A stretch of 64,000 bases of DNA from Myxococcota bacterium (lineage in GTDB: Bacteria; Myxococcota_A; UBA9160; UBA6930): NCBI GenBank assembly GCA_965223705.1, contig OZ245015.1, forward strand, positions 1 through 64,000, read 5' to 3'. Positions 16,971 through 27,594 of this stretch are shown piece by piece. The translations under genes were made by a program, and so were the position numbers. The notes beneath the pieces are model-generated. The model was not told where the DNA came from and made no database searches. It worked only from the letters and a program-made list of their open reading frames with translations. Positions within the stretch are counted from its first letter, which is position 1. Each line of letters starts with the position of its first letter.

Positions 16971-17591
16971 CTAGCCGGGCGTTCGGGGCACGAGGCCGTT
17001 GAGCACCATCTCCGACAGCTCGCGGGCGATCGCCTCGGGAGGCTCCCCCGATTCTTGGTACCACTCGACGGACCAGTTCATGGCGCCGAACAGCAACATC
17101 CGTACGAGCGAGAGGTTCGCGTCGCTGCGGATCGCGCCGCTGGCTGCGGCGTCGGTGAGAAGCCCCTTCCAATACGCGCCGTATTGACGCTGCGCCACCA
17201 AGTGCCGTTGCCGCACGCTTTCGGGAACCTGGCCGAGAATCCGCAGGTTTGCCGCCGCGTAGTGGCTCTCGGTCAGCAGAGAATGAAGATGTGCGGCGAT
17301 CGCGGCGCGCAGCCGCTGGCCCGCATCGGCGTCGCTCGGCAGGTCTTCGACCGCGCGGCGAGTCGCGTCGAAGCTGCGGAGGATCCCCGCGTCGAGGACG
17401 GCCGCGACAATCGCTTCCTTCGAATCAAAATGGTAGTAGAGGCTTCCGGGCTGGAGATCCGCCAGCCCGGCGATGTCCTTCAGGGTCACCGACGCAAAGC
17501 CGTGGCGCCGGAACGCCTCCGCCGCTGCGAGCAGCACCCGGCGGCGCGTGCGATCCGACTTCGTGTCGGCCCGCTCTGCCGGCGGATCCAC
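16971..17591 (-). CDS. TetR/AcrR-family regulator (KstR2-like)
   Basis: HTH AAAEAFRRHGFASVTLKDIA...GSLYYHFDSKE; C-terminal LFGAMNWSVEWY. GTG start inferred. Confidence 0.88.
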   Translation of the reverse strand: MDPPAERADTKSDRTRRRVLLAAAEAFRRHGFASVTLKDIAGLADLQPGSLYYHFDSKEAIVAAVLDAGILRSFDATRRAVEDLPSDADAGQRLRAAIAAHLHSLLTESHYAAANLRILGQVPESVRQRHLVAQRQYGAYWKGLLTDAAASGAIRSDANLSLVRMLLFGAMNWSVEWYQESGEPPEAIARELSEMVLNGLVPRTPG

Positions 17592-17595
17592 GCGA

Positions 17596-18780
17596 CTAGG
17601 CGGCCGTGAGTTCGACGCCGAGGGCAATCCCCATCCCCGAGCCGATGCACAGCGAAGCAACACCTCGCTGTCCACCGCGATCGCGAAGCGCGTAGAGAAG
17701 TGTCGTCAGAATGCGAGCTCCCGACGCTCCCACGGGGTGGCCGAGTGCAATCGCCCCACCGTGGACGTTGACGCGATCGCGGGGCACTTCGGGAAGCTCG
17801 CGCAACACGCCGAGCGTCTGCGCGGCGAACGCCTCGTTGAGCTCCCACAGATCGACGTCCCCATAGCCCCAACCGAGTTTCTTCATCAGGCGGGGGACGG
17901 CGCGCGCCGGGCCGAGACCCATGTGCGAAGGCTCGAGCCCCGCAGAAGCGGCGGCGATGATTTTCGCCATCGGCTTGTAGCCCTTCTCACGCACGGCGTC
18001 TTCCGACGCGAGCAACAGGGCAGACGCCCCGTCGTCGATGTTCGAGGAGTTGCCGGCGGTCACCGTGCCGTCCTGCTTGAACGCCGGACGCAGCGCCGCG
18101 AGCCGATCGAGACCGGTCTCACGCGGATCCTCATCGGTGTCGAACACCAGCGCGTCACCACGGCGTTGGGGAATCTCGAACGCGACGATTTCCTCTTTGA
18201 ACTTGCCCGCCCGCTGCGCCGCGACGGCCTTCGCGTAGCTGCCCGCGGCGTACTCGTCTTGCTCCGCCCGCTCGATTCCGTGCCGTTCGGCGACGTTTTC
18301 TGCGGTGATGCCCATGTGCACGTGCTCGATCGGGCAGGTCAGTGCATCGGTCAGCATGTCGACGGCGTTCTGCGGCCCCATCCGATAGCCCCAGCGCGCT
18401 CCGGGGAGCGCGTAGGGCACGGTGTTCATGCTCTCCATTCCGCCCGCGAGAATGACTTCGGCCTCGCCGGCGCGGATCGCCTGAGCGCCCAAAGCCACCG
18501 CCTTCAAGCCCGAGCCGCAGGCCTTGTTCACCGTGTAGGCGGGAATTTCTTCGGGAATTTTGGCCTCCAGGGCGGCGACGCGCGCGGGCGCGATCTGGAC
18601 GGTCCCCTGGATCACGTTTCCCATGATCACTTCGTCGAGGTCCTCGGCGGACGCCGAAGCACGGCGCAGCGCTTCGGCAAGTGCCACAGCGCCCAAGCGC
18701 TGGATCGGAACGTCCTTGGTGACGCCGCCGAACCCGCCGACCGCCGTACGGCAAGCACTCACGATAAATACGTCTTTCAT
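17596..18780 (-). CDS. Acetyl-CoA C-acetyltransferase (thiolase)
   Basis: [35 protein letters not shown]. Confidence 0.95.
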   Translation of the reverse strand: MKDVFIVSACRTAVGGFGGVTKDVPIQRLGAVALAEALRRASASAEDLDEVIMGNVIQGTVQIAPARVAALEAKIPEEIPAYTVNKACGSGLKAVALGAQAIRAGEAEVILAGGMESMNTVPYALPGARWGYRMGPQNAVDMLTDALTCPIEHVHMGITAENVAERHGIERAEQDEYAAGSYAKAVAAQRAGKFKEEIVAFEIPQRRGDALVFDTDEDPRETGLDRLAALRPAFKQDGTVTAGNSSNIDDGASALLLASEDAVREKGYKPMAKIIAAASAGLEPSHMGLGPARAVPRLMKKLGWGYGDVDLWELNEAFAAQTLGVLRELPEVPRDRVNVHGGAIALGHPVGASGARILTTLLYALRDRGGQRGVASLCIGSGMGIALGVELTAA

Positions 18781-18925
18781 GGGGACTCCTTCTGGCGTTC
18801 GGGCCGGGAAGTTAGCTCACGTCGGCGCTCGGACGGGAGATGGCGACCCCAGGGGGCTTGCAGAATCTCTTTCGGGCGCGCAGGCTGGTCCCCTGGCTCC
18901 CAACACTCCCTTCCGGAGGACTCCC

Positions 18926-19339
18926 ATGGCGATCAAAGTCACCGGCCTTTTGCACCACGGCGTTCGCGTCGGTCGCGATTCCGAATCGGTTGAAGCGGCA
19001 CGAAGCTTCTATCAAGACGTCCTCGGCCTCGAGGTCGACAAGGATCGACCGGACATCCCGAACCTCCCCGGCTATTGGATGAATCTCGGCACCAGCCCGG
19101 AGCAACAAATTCACTTGATGGGCGCCGAGGGACCGTCGCCCTTCGCAAAGTCCGAGCGGGACGATCCCGTCACGCTTCACGTGGCTCTCGCCGTCGAGGA
19201 CGTCAAAGAAGCCATGCGCGTACTCGACGAACGCGGCATCCCCTACTTCACGTTCGGGAACCTCGTCGGGAACTTTCAGCTCTTCGTGCGCGACCCGGCC
19301 GGAAACATGGTCGAGCTCCAAGAGGTTCCGAAAGAATGA
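18926..19339 (+). CDS. VOC/glyoxalase family protein
   Basis: LLHHGV...FYQDVLGL...HVALAV...FVRDPAGNMVEL; GGAGG RBS. Confidence 0.88.
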   Translation: MAIKVTGLLHHGVRVGRDSESVEAARSFYQDVLGLEVDKDRPDIPNLPGYWMNLGTSPEQQIHLMGAEGPSPFAKSERDDPVTLHVALAVEDVKEAMRVLDERGIPYFTFGNLVGNFQLFVRDPAGNMVELQEVPKE

Positions 19340-20268
19340 GCGCTCCGCACTTCGGTGTGACGCTCCCGCAGATCAAGCGCACGTGGCAAGAAGCCCGTGC
19401 GGCGGCACAGGATTTCGAGGGTCTCGGGTTCGATTCGCTCTGGGTATGCGACCACGTCTTCGGCGTGCCCGCCCCGCACCTCCCGATCCTCGAAGCGTTC
19501 ACGGAGCTTTCAGCGGTCGCGGCGATGACGGAACGGGCGGCGTTCGGGACGCTCGTGACGCCCCCGTTTCTGCGCCATCCGGCGCTCCTCGCGAAGCAAA
19601 TCGCGACGCTCGATCAAATCGCACCCGGGCGGCCCATTGTCGGTCTCGGCGCGGGTTGGTTCGAGGCGGAATTCAAAGGCTACGGCGCGCCGTTTCCGAG
19701 TATCGGCAAGAGACTCGAAGCCCTCGAGGAGGGCGTCGAGATCATTCGGGGCTTGTTCCGCGAAGAGCGGTTCAGCTACGAAGGTCGACACTTTTCTGTC
19801 GAAAACAGCGTATGCGAACCAAAACCCGCTTCTCCCCCGCCGATCCTCATCGGTGGCGGCGGAGAACGCGTGTTGCTTCGCATTGCAGCCTGCCACGCCG
19901 ACATCTGGAACAACCTCGCCGTGAACCAAGGCCAGCTCGAGCGCAAGGTCGAGGTCCTGAAGCAGCGTTGCAACGAGGTCGGGCGCGACGTCTCTGAAAT
20001 CACGATCTCTCAGCAATGCCTGGTCGTCATCGACGAGAACGACGGCGCCGCCGAAGCATCCCTGGCCAAGGCGAAGAAGATCTACGGCGAACATATGGGG
20101 CAGAGTCTCGAGGCGCACGGCATTTGGGGATCCCCTGCCCGCGTGATCGACGGGATTGAGCGACACCGCGCCCTCGGCGTTTCACATTTCGTGATCGAGT
20201 TCTTCGGGCGCGATACCCGGGCGCCGGCGCGGCTCTTTGCCGACAAGGTGATGCCCGCCTTCGCGTAA
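19336..20268 (+). CDS. LLM-class (luciferase-like, probably F420-dependent) oxidoreductase
   Basis: GFDSLWVCDH, RHPALLAKQIATLDQI, GLGAGW, ILIGGGGE; ATGA overlap with the upstream gene. Confidence 0.88.
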   Translation: MSAPHFGVTLPQIKRTWQEARAAAQDFEGLGFDSLWVCDHVFGVPAPHLPILEAFTELSAVAAMTERAAFGTLVTPPFLRHPALLAKQIATLDQIAPGRPIVGLGAGWFEAEFKGYGAPFPSIGKRLEALEEGVEIIRGLFREERFSYEGRHFSVENSVCEPKPASPPPILIGGGGERVLLRIAACHADIWNNLAVNQGQLERKVEVLKQRCNEVGRDVSEITISQQCLVVIDENDGAAEASLAKAKKIYGEHMGQSLEAHGIWGSPARVIDGIERHRALGVSHFVIEFFGRDTRAPARLFADKVMPAFA

Positions 20269-20271
20269 ACC

Positions 20272-21321
20272 ATGGAGAGCGGCGCCCCCGGACAAGACCT
20301 CATCGATCAGGCCGCGCTGCTCGACTGGCTCGATGAAGAGGGCATCGCCCCGGGCGCCCCTTTCGAAATTCGGCGCATTACGTCGGGGCACTCGAATGAA
20401 GTATTCGAACTCCGGCGCGGCGATCTCCGACTAGCCCTGCGCCGGCCGCCCCGTACCTACAACGCCGCGAGCGCCCACGACATGCGCCGCGAGTTCCGCG
20501 TGCTCCGCGCTCTCTGGGAACACAGCGAAGTACCGGTTCCCGAACCGATCGCGGTGTGCGAAGACCTCGAAGTTCTGGGCGTACCGTTTTTCGTGATGCA
20601 GTTCGTCGAAGGAGCGGTCGTGCGAAAGCACGTCTTGCCCGGCAGACTGGCGGCGGACCCCACGGCGGCGAGACAAATGTCGGAGCAGATGACCGACGCG
20701 TTGGTGAAGATTCATTCCTTCGATTGGCAGAAGGCCGGCTTGGCAGATCTCGGCCGTCCCGAGGGCTTCCTCGAGCGACAAGCCGTTCGCTGGCAGGGAC
20801 AACTCGATCGGTACCGGACGCGCGACCTACCCGTACTCGACGAAGTCGGCCGCTGGCTGCGTAGGGAGCTCCCGCCGGCGCACGAACCGACGCTCATCCA
20901 CTGGGACTATCGGCTCGACAACGTGGTATTCGACGCGGCTTTGCCGATCCGTGTCATCGCGGTTTTCGACTGGGAAGTCGCAACGATCGGCGATCCGCTG
21001 ATCGACTTGGGCTGGATGCTCGCGTGCTGGCGCGACCCGGAGGAAGACTGGCACATTCACGAAGCGGTCCTCGGTCAGTTTCCCGACAACGCGAACTTTC
21101 TGTCCCGCCAAGCCGTTGCGGAACGCTACGCCGAGTTCTCTGGGCGAAGCATCGAACACCTCTCCTACTTCATCGTGATGGGGTTGTTCAAGCTCGCTTG
21201 CCTCCTCGAGGGCTTTTATACGAAGTTTCTAAAAGGCCAGAGCGACGACGCGACTTTTGGTTCGCAGATGGAGACGTTCGTGCCTGAACTCGCCCAACGA
21301 GCCGTGCGCTTCATGCGCTGA
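20272..21321 (+). CDS. Phosphotransferase family protein (APH/ACAD10-11-like)
   Basis: GHSN, LRRPP, HDMRREF, HWDYRLDN, DWEVATIGDP. Confidence 0.88.
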   Translation: MESGAPGQDLIDQAALLDWLDEEGIAPGAPFEIRRITSGHSNEVFELRRGDLRLALRRPPRTYNAASAHDMRREFRVLRALWEHSEVPVPEPIAVCEDLEVLGVPFFVMQFVEGAVVRKHVLPGRLAADPTAARQMSEQMTDALVKIHSFDWQKAGLADLGRPEGFLERQAVRWQGQLDRYRTRDLPVLDEVGRWLRRELPPAHEPTLIHWDYRLDNVVFDAALPIRVIAVFDWEVATIGDPLIDLGWMLACWRDPEEDWHIHEAVLGQFPDNANFLSRQAVAERYAEFSGRSIEHLSYFIVMGLFKLACLLEGFYTKFLKGQSDDATFGSQMETFVPELAQRAVRFMR

Positions 21322-21327
21322 AAACGG

Positions 21328-23532
21328 ATGCCGAGCCCGGAAACCCATCTCATCCTGGTCGGCGGCGGCCACGCGCACGTGCAGGTGCTGCGGCGACTCG
21401 CCATGCACCCGAACCCCAGGCTTCGGGTCACCGTCGTCCTGGATCGCCCTGAAGCCGTCTATTCCGGCATGGTTCCGGGCTTCGTCGCCGGGGACTACGC
21501 CTATCACGAGCTGGCGATCGATGTGGTTCCGCTGGCTCGGCGTGCCGGCGCGACGGTCGTGCTCGCCCCGGCACACCGAATCGACGCCGACGCTCGCCGC
21601 ATCGAGCTCGTCGGACGCCCGCCGCTCCGGTACGACCTGGCGAGTCTCGACGTCGGCTCGAGCGTGCGCGGAGCCGAACTCCCGGGAGTCGCGCAATTCG
21701 CCCTCTCGACGAGACCGATCGCCCGCTTCGTCAGCGAACTCGGTCCGCGACTCGAAGGGCACGGCGATGCGCCGTCTATCGCCGTGGTCGGCGGCGGCGC
21801 CGCGGGCGTCGAGTTGTGCTTCACCCTCGACGGACGGTTGCGTCGCGAGGGACGGAAGCCCTCGATCCGGCTTATCACCAGCGATTCGGTGTGTCTGCCG
21901 AACTACGAGTCCGCGGTCCGCGGGCGAATCGAAGAGGAAGCCCGGCGTCGGGGGATCGTGTTGACCTACAACGCTCCCGTGGCGAGCGTCACACAAGACG
22001 CGGTCGTGACGGAGGACGACCGCTTCAGTGCCGACCTGTGCGTCTGGGCGGCGGGCGCGGCGCCGACGGAATTGATCACGCGTTCTCCCCTGCCGAAAAA
22101 CGACGACGGGTTCGTCCGCGTTTCGTCCACGCTCCAGGTCGTGGGCCACCCCGAGCTCTTCGCGGTGGGCGATTGCGCGCAACTCGAAGATGCACCCTGG
22201 GTGCCCAAGGCCGGTGTGTATGCGGTGCGCCAAGGACCGTTTCTTTCGCGGAACCTCCGGGCCGCCGCCCGAGGCGGCCGGCTGCGCGCTTACCACCCAC
22301 AGCGAGATTTCCTAAGCCTCCTCCACTTGGGCGATCGCCGCGCCCTCGCTTCGAAATGGGGTCGCGTCGCGACCGGCAGGCTTGCTCTCGTTTTGAAAGA
22401 CCGGATCGATCGCCGCTTCGTCGCGCGCTTCTCGGTCGTCGATCTCAAGGGGCGGGTCACCGACGCGTTGCCTTCTCCGGAAGACATGGGGATGGAAGAA
22501 ATGGAATGCGGCGGCTGTGCGGCCAAGCTCGGCGGGGACGAATTGTCCCGCGCCTTGGGTCGGCTGCCGGTCGCGCCGCCCGATCCCACCGTCGTACAAG
22601 GGCTCGGCGACGACGCGGCCTGGGTTCGGACGCCTTCCGGGGCGACGACGCTCCACACCGTCGACGCCTTTCGCGCCTTCTGCGACGACCCGTGGCTCGT
22701 CGGGCAAGTCGCCGCGGTGAACGCGATCTCGGACATCTACGCCTGCGGCGGCAAACCGCGCCATGCCCTCGCGTGGGTGCAGCTGCCCGAACGCGAAGGG
22801 AGCGCCGCAGAGGAACGGCTGTGGCAAACCCTCCAGGGAGTCCGCGCGGCGCTCGACGCCGACGGCGTGAGCCTGATCGGCGGGCACACCACGCACGGCG
22901 ATGAGCTGGTGGTCGGCCTGTCTGTTTCGGGCGATCTCGACGGCGAGGCGCCACTCGCCAAGTCGGGTGCGACGCCCGGCGACATCCTCGTCCTCACGAA
23001 AGCACTCGGAACAGGCGTCGTGCTGGCGGGCGACATGCGGGGGCTCGCGCGGGGGATCTGGTACGAAGAGGTGACTCGCTCGATGCAGCGATCCAACGCG
23101 GAAGCAGCGGCGATCGCGAGGCGTTTTCGCGCAACCGCGTGCACCGATATCAGCGGCTTCGGATTAGCCGTCCACCTCGCCGAGATGCTCGAAGCTGGAG
23201 AAGTACGGGCCGAGCTCGACGTGGCGTCTCTTCCGGTTCTGTCCGGCGCGGCAGAGCTTCTCGAAGCCGGCGTTCGAAGCACGTTTCACCCCCAAAACGA
23301 GGCGCGAGCCATGTCGCTGGCACTCCGGCACGACGCGGATTGCCCACTTCTGTACGACCCCCAGACCTCCGGGGGATTGTTGTTTTCCGTAGCGCCGTCG
23401 CAGGTCGAACCGTGTCTCGAAGCACTTCGCGCGAGCGGCGCCACGGAAGCGCGCGCGATCGGAACCGTCACGCCCGGGCGAACCAGCGGGGCTCGCTATG
23501 ATCTCGCCTCCTCCGGAAAGGGAGCTCTATGA
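21328..23532 (+). CDS. selD: Selenide,water dikinase fused to an N-terminal FAD/pyridine nucleotide-disulfide oxidoreductase
   Basis: N-terminal LVGGGHAH, YSGMVPG, PKAGVYAVRQG; C-terminal CGGCAAK, DDAA, NAISDIYA, GGHT, TDISGFGL, DPQTSGGLL. Confidence 0.93.
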   Translation: MPSPETHLILVGGGHAHVQVLRRLAMHPNPRLRVTVVLDRPEAVYSGMVPGFVAGDYAYHELAIDVVPLARRAGATVVLAPAHRIDADARRIELVGRPPLRYDLASLDVGSSVRGAELPGVAQFALSTRPIARFVSELGPRLEGHGDAPSIAVVGGGAAGVELCFTLDGRLRREGRKPSIRLITSDSVCLPNYESAVRGRIEEEARRRGIVLTYNAPVASVTQDAVVTEDDRFSADLCVWAAGAAPTELITRSPLPKNDDGFVRVSSTLQVVGHPELFAVGDCAQLEDAPWVPKAGVYAVRQGPFLSRNLRAAARGGRLRAYHPQRDFLSLLHLGDRRALASKWGRVATGRLALVLKDRIDRRFVARFSVVDLKGRVTDALPSPEDMGMEEMECGGCAAKLGGDELSRALGRLPVAPPDPTVVQGLGDDAAWVRTPSGATTLHTVDAFRAFCDDPWLVGQVAAVNAISDIYACGGKPRHALAWVQLPEREGSAAEERLWQTLQGVRAALDADGVSLIGGHTTHGDELVVGLSVSGDLDGEAPLAKSGATPGDILVLTKALGTGVVLAGDMRGLARGIWYEEVTRSMQRSNAEAAAIARRFRATACTDISGFGLAVHLAEMLEAGEVRAELDVASLPVLSGAAELLEAGVRSTFHPQNEARAMSLALRHDADCPLLYDPQTSGGLLFSVAPSQVEPCLEALRASGATEARAIGTVTPGRTSGARYDLASSGKGAL

Positions 23533-24389
23533 CTATCGAACGGGTCGGGGTCGTCGGCGGCGGCCTCATGGGATCGGGAATCGCCGAGGTGTGTGCCCGT
23601 AGCGGCATGGATGTCATCGTTCGAGAGCAGGACGAAGAAGCTCTCCAAGCGGCTCGGGCGCGGATTCAGAAATCCCTCGAACGGGGCGTAAAAGGCGCGA
23701 AGATTTCCGCTTCGGAAGCCGAAGAAACCGAATCCCGGATCGACTTCACGACCGACTACGGCGCGATGCACGACCGCGAGCTCGTCGTCGAAGCCGTGTT
23801 CGAGGACGAAGCGACGAAAGTGGCGTGCTTTCGCCAGCTCGACCAAGCCGTGAAGGCGGACGACGCGATCTTGGCTTCCAACACGTCCTCCATCCCGATC
23901 ATGAAGCTCGCCGTCGAGACCCAGCGGCCGGCCTTCGTGTGCGGCATCCACTTCTTCAACCCCGTTCCGGTTCTCGAGCTCGTGGAGCTCGTGCCGTCAC
24001 TCGTCACGAGTGACGAAACCACCGAACGGGCCGCGAACTTCGCGTCGGAACAACTCGGGAAGATCGTCGTTCGATCTCAGGACCGTGCCGGGTTCGTCGT
24101 GAATGCTCTACTCATTCCGTACATCCTTTCGGCGATCCGCATGGCGGAGTCGGGCTTCGCGACGGCCGAAGATATCGATGCCGGCATGGTCAAAGGCTGC
24201 AACCATCCGATGGGTCCGTTGGCCCTCGCCGACCTCATCGGACTCGACACGACGATGGCGGTTGCGGAGTCGATGTACGAAGAGTTCAAGGAGCCCTTGT
24301 ACGCGCCGCCCCCGCTACTGTGTCGGATGGTCGAAGCGGGACTGCTCGGGCGCAAAACGAAACGCGGCTTCTACCAGTACCAACGCTAG
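23529..24389 (+). CDS. 3-hydroxybutyryl-CoA dehydrogenase
   Basis: GGGLMGSGIA, ASNTSS, GIHFFNP, GFVVN, HPMGPL. Confidence 0.93.
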   Translation: MTIERVGVVGGGLMGSGIAEVCARSGMDVIVREQDEEALQAARARIQKSLERGVKGAKISASEAEETESRIDFTTDYGAMHDRELVVEAVFEDEATKVACFRQLDQAVKADDAILASNTSSIPIMKLAVETQRPAFVCGIHFFNPVPVLELVELVPSLVTSDETTERAANFASEQLGKIVVRSQDRAGFVVNALLIPYILSAIRMAESGFATAEDIDAGMVKGCNHPMGPLALADLIGLDTTMAVAESMYEEFKEPLYAPPPLLCRMVEAGLLGRKTKRGFYQYQR

Positions 24390-24398
24390 GAAAACTCT

Positions 24399-25679
24399 AT
24401 GTTGGATCCGCGTGTCCTAGCCGAGCGGCGCGACGACGTGATGGAGAGCTGTCGGCGTCGCGGCATCGACGTCGACGTCGATCGTGTGATCGAACTCCAC
24501 CAGTCCGTCGCGCGCACTCAAACCGAACTCAACGAGGTCAACCGACGCCGCAAGGAGCATCAGAGCGCCGGGAAGAAGAAGCTCGAGCCGGAAGCGCGAG
24601 AAGCTCATGTCGCCGAGGGGCGCGCGATCAAGGAAACCGTTTCCCGACTCGAAGGAGAGCTCGCGCGAGCGCGCGAACAGCTCGATCAAGGGCTCGGCCA
24701 GCTGCCGAACTTCGTCCATCCTTCGGTGCCCGACGGCGGTGAGGAAGACGCGCGCGAACTGCGCCAGGTGGGAGAGCGCAAGACCTTCGACTTCGAGGCC
24801 CTCGATCATCTCGCTCTGGGTGAGCAGCTCGACTTGTTCGATTTCGAAGCCGGCGCGCGCGTCGCGGGCCAAAAGTTCTACTACTTGAAGAACGGAGCGG
24901 CGCTCCTCGAGCTCGGCCTGCAGCGCTACGCCCTGGAAATCGCGACCCGCGCGGGATACACGCCCTACGTCACGCCGGATCTCGCGCGGCCCGAGGTCGT
25001 CGCGGGTCTGGGCTTCAACCCGCGAGGCGAAGAAACCCAGATCTATTCGCTCGACAACGCGGATTTGTGCCTCGTCGGCACGGCGGAAATCACACTCGGC
25101 GGGCTCCACGCCGATTCGATCCTCGAGGAAAGCTCGTTGCCGGTCCGTATGGCGGGCGTTTCGCACTGCTTCCGGACCGAGGCGGGCGCGGCCGGTCGAG
25201 AGAGCCGCGGCCTCTACCGGGTCCATCAATTTACCAAGGTCGAGATGTTCTCGATCACGCGACCCGAAGATTCCGACGCGATGCACGAGGAGCTGTTGGC
25301 GATCGAAGAAGAGATCTTCCGCGGACTCGAGATTCCGTATCGCGTCGTCGACATCGCCGCCGGCGACTTGGGCGCCCCGGCTTATCGAAAGTTCGACCTG
25401 GAAGCGTGGATGCCGGGCCGTGGCGAGGGCGGTGCGTGGGGCGAAATCACGAGCACCTCGAACTGCACGGACTATCAATCTCGGCGCTTGCGCGTACGCT
25501 TTCGTCGCGACGCAACGCAAAAGAACGAGCTCGTACACATGCTGAACGGCACCGCGATTTCCAACGCGCGCGCCATCCTCGCCCTTCTCGAGAATCATCA
25601 GCAAGCGGACGGCACAGTCCGCATCCCCGAGGCACTCGTCCCGTATGTCGGAATCGAAGTCATCCCCCGACCGTCCTAG
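24399..25679 (+). CDS. serS: Serine--tRNA ligase
   Basis: N-terminal coiled coil, GTAE, FRTEAG...GLYRVHQFTKVE, EITSTSNCTDYQSRRL, HMLNGTA. Confidence 0.96.
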   Translation: MLDPRVLAERRDDVMESCRRRGIDVDVDRVIELHQSVARTQTELNEVNRRRKEHQSAGKKKLEPEAREAHVAEGRAIKETVSRLEGELARAREQLDQGLGQLPNFVHPSVPDGGEEDARELRQVGERKTFDFEALDHLALGEQLDLFDFEAGARVAGQKFYYLKNGAALLELGLQRYALEIATRAGYTPYVTPDLARPEVVAGLGFNPRGEETQIYSLDNADLCLVGTAEITLGGLHADSILEESSLPVRMAGVSHCFRTEAGAAGRESRGLYRVHQFTKVEMFSITRPEDSDAMHEELLAIEEEIFRGLEIPYRVVDIAAGDLGAPAYRKFDLEAWMPGRGEGGAWGEITSTSNCTDYQSRRLRVRFRRDATQKNELVHMLNGTAISNARAILALLENHQQADGTVRIPEALVPYVGIEVIPRPS

Positions 25680-27594
25680 GCTCGTCCTCGGAACCGCGGG
25701 GCACATCGATCACGGCAAGACCACGCTGGTCCACGCCCTGACCGGGGTCAACACAGACCGGCTCCCCGAAGAACAGCGGCGGGGTATCACCATCGAGCTC
25801 GGCTTCGCGCCGCTCGAACTCGGCGACGTGCAGCTCGGCGTTGTCGACGTGCCGGGGCACGAGAAGCTGGTGCGCACGATGGTGGCCGGAGCTTCCGGTA
25901 TGGACCTTGTGTTGCTCGTGGTCGCCGCGGACGAAGGCGTGATGCCTCAAACCCGCGAACACATCGCCGTCTGCGATCTTTTGGGAGTTCGCGCGGGACT
26001 CGTCGCGTTGACGAAGTGCGACATCGCCGATCCCGAGCTCGCGGATCTCGCCGAGATGGAGATCGCGGAGCTCCTCGAGGGAACCTCGCTGCGCGGGGCA
26101 CCGTGCTTTCGCGTCGCAGCGCGCGACGGCACGGGGATTCCCGAGCTGCGGAACGCGTTGGCCGAAGTCGCCCGAGCGAGCCGGACTCACACGCGGCGCG
26201 ACGGTCCGATGCGATTGTCGGTGGACCGCGTATTCTCCGCGCGCGGTTTCGGGTCCGTCGTGACCGGGACGTTGACCGGGTCCTCTGTATCCGTCGGAGA
26301 CGACGTGACGTTTCACCCGGGCGGGCCGTCGGGTCGCGTTCGGGGACTTCAATCGTTCGGCGAGAGCACGGAAACGGTTTCTCCCGGCACGCGATGCGCC
26401 ATCAACGTGCAGGGCGTCGACCGCGCTTCCGTTGCGCGCGGGATGGTGGTTGCTCACCCGGGCGAGCTGCGCGGCGTCGCGACCTTTGACGCCGAAATTC
26501 ACTGGCTCACCGAGGCTCCTGAAATTGCGAAGCCGACGGCAGTCGCCGTGTTGGCGGGCACGGCCGAACGCAACGCCAGGCTGGCCCCCCTCGGCGGCGC
26601 GGCGCTCCCACCGGGAGGGCATGGCTTCGCGCGATTCCATCTCGAGGGTGATCCCATGGTCCTCCTCCCCGAAGACCGCATCATCGTCCGCGGGTTTTCT
26701 CGAACGGAGTACGGGGGCGCGACACTCGGAGGCGGCACGGTCATCGACACGGTCCCGGCGCGCCTCCGACCGAGCGACCCCAAGCTGATCGCACAGCTCA
26801 CCCAACTGCGCGACGGAACCTTGCGGGAGACACTGTCGCTGCGAGTCGAACGCGGCGGCTATAGCGGCGTAAACGAGACCGATCTCGCCGCTGCGATCGG
26901 CCTGACGCCTGCGGAGGTCCGTCGGGAGCTCGAACTCGCGGGCGACGCGTTGTCTCGAAGCTCCCAGGGCACCTGGTTCCCGACGGCACTTCTCGATCGA
27001 TTCGGCGAGCTTTTGCGGGAGACCGTCGCCGAATTCCACCGCACCGAACCGTTGCGCCCGGGCGTTCCCCAGCAAACGCTCGCAGCGACGCTTCCCGACA
27101 ACACCGGAGAAGGCGCGTTCTCGCTCGTTCTAGACGAGCTCGTCGAGCGCGGCGCCTTGGGGATCGCAGACGGACTCGTGAGCGATCCGGAGCACTTGCC
27201 CGTGTTGTCACAGCACCAGGAGGCCATCGTCGCGCATATCCGGGCCGAAGCGATGACGCGCGAGTTCGAGCCCCCGACGTTCCGCGAGTGGCTCGATATG
27301 TTTCGGATCGAAGAGCGCGCTCTCCGCGACCTACTGGCCTACCTCGAGCGAGACGGATCGCTCACCCGCGCACCGTCGGACCTGTGGTTCGATGCTGTTG
27401 CTGTAGACGGGCTGCGCGAACGCGTGCGTTCGTTCCTACGAGAACACGGCGAGCTCGACACGCCCCAGTACAAGGAAATCATCGGCACGACGCGGAAATT
27501 CGCTGTTCCACTGATGGAACTCTTCGATTCGGAACGAATCACCGTTCGCCGCGGAGATGTCCGCGTCGCCGGGCATACCAAGACCCCGTCCTAG
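25645..27594 (+). CDS. selB: Selenocysteine-specific elongation factor
   Basis: [31 protein letters not shown]-terminal winged helix [13 protein letters not shown]. Confidence 0.95.
   Translation: MSESKSSPDRPRLVLGTAGHIDHGKTTLVHALTGVNTDRLPEEQRRGITIELGFAPLELGDVQLGVVDVPGHEKLVRTMVAGASGMDLVLLVVAADEGVMPQTREHIAVCDLLGVRAGLVALTKCDIADPELADLAEMEIAELLEGTSLRGAPCFRVAARDGTGIPELRNALAEVARASRTHTRRDGPMRLSVDRVFSARGFGSVVTGTLTGSSVSVGDDVTFHPGGPSGRVRGLQSFGESTETVSPGTRCAINVQGVDRASVARGMVVAHPGELRGVATFDAEIHWLTEAPEIAKPTAVAVLAGTAERNARLAPLGGAALPPGGHGFARFHLEGDPMVLLPEDRIIVRGFSRTEYGGATLGGGTVIDTVPARLRPSDPKLIAQLTQLRDGTLRETLSLRVERGGYSGVNETDLAAAIGLTPAEVRRELELAGDALSRSSQGTWFPTALLDRFGELLRETVAEFHRTEPLRPGVPQQTLAATLPDNTGEGAFSLVLDELVERGALGIADGLVSDPEHLPVLSQHQEAIVAHIRAEAMTREFEPPTFREWLDMFRIEERALRDLLAYLERDGSLTRAPSDLWFDAVAVDGLRERVRSFLREHGELDTPQYKEIIGTTRKFAVPLMELFDSERITVRRGDVRVAGHTKTPS

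Noticed and set aside
16500..17172. Long N-terminal extension of the TonB receptor (962-aa ORF)
   Set aside because: It overlaps the receiver and TetR genes; the signal peptide begins at the ATG at 16500. Similar over-extensions were trimmed for the acyl-CoA dehydrogenase, nuoJ/L/M-like, gspB, rpsD and tgt.
22500..22530. Selenocysteine in the SelD active site
   Set aside because: The motif is encoded as C-G-G-C (TGC/TGT) with no in-frame TGA. I saw no convincing UGA-readthrough selenoprotein elsewhere in the window.
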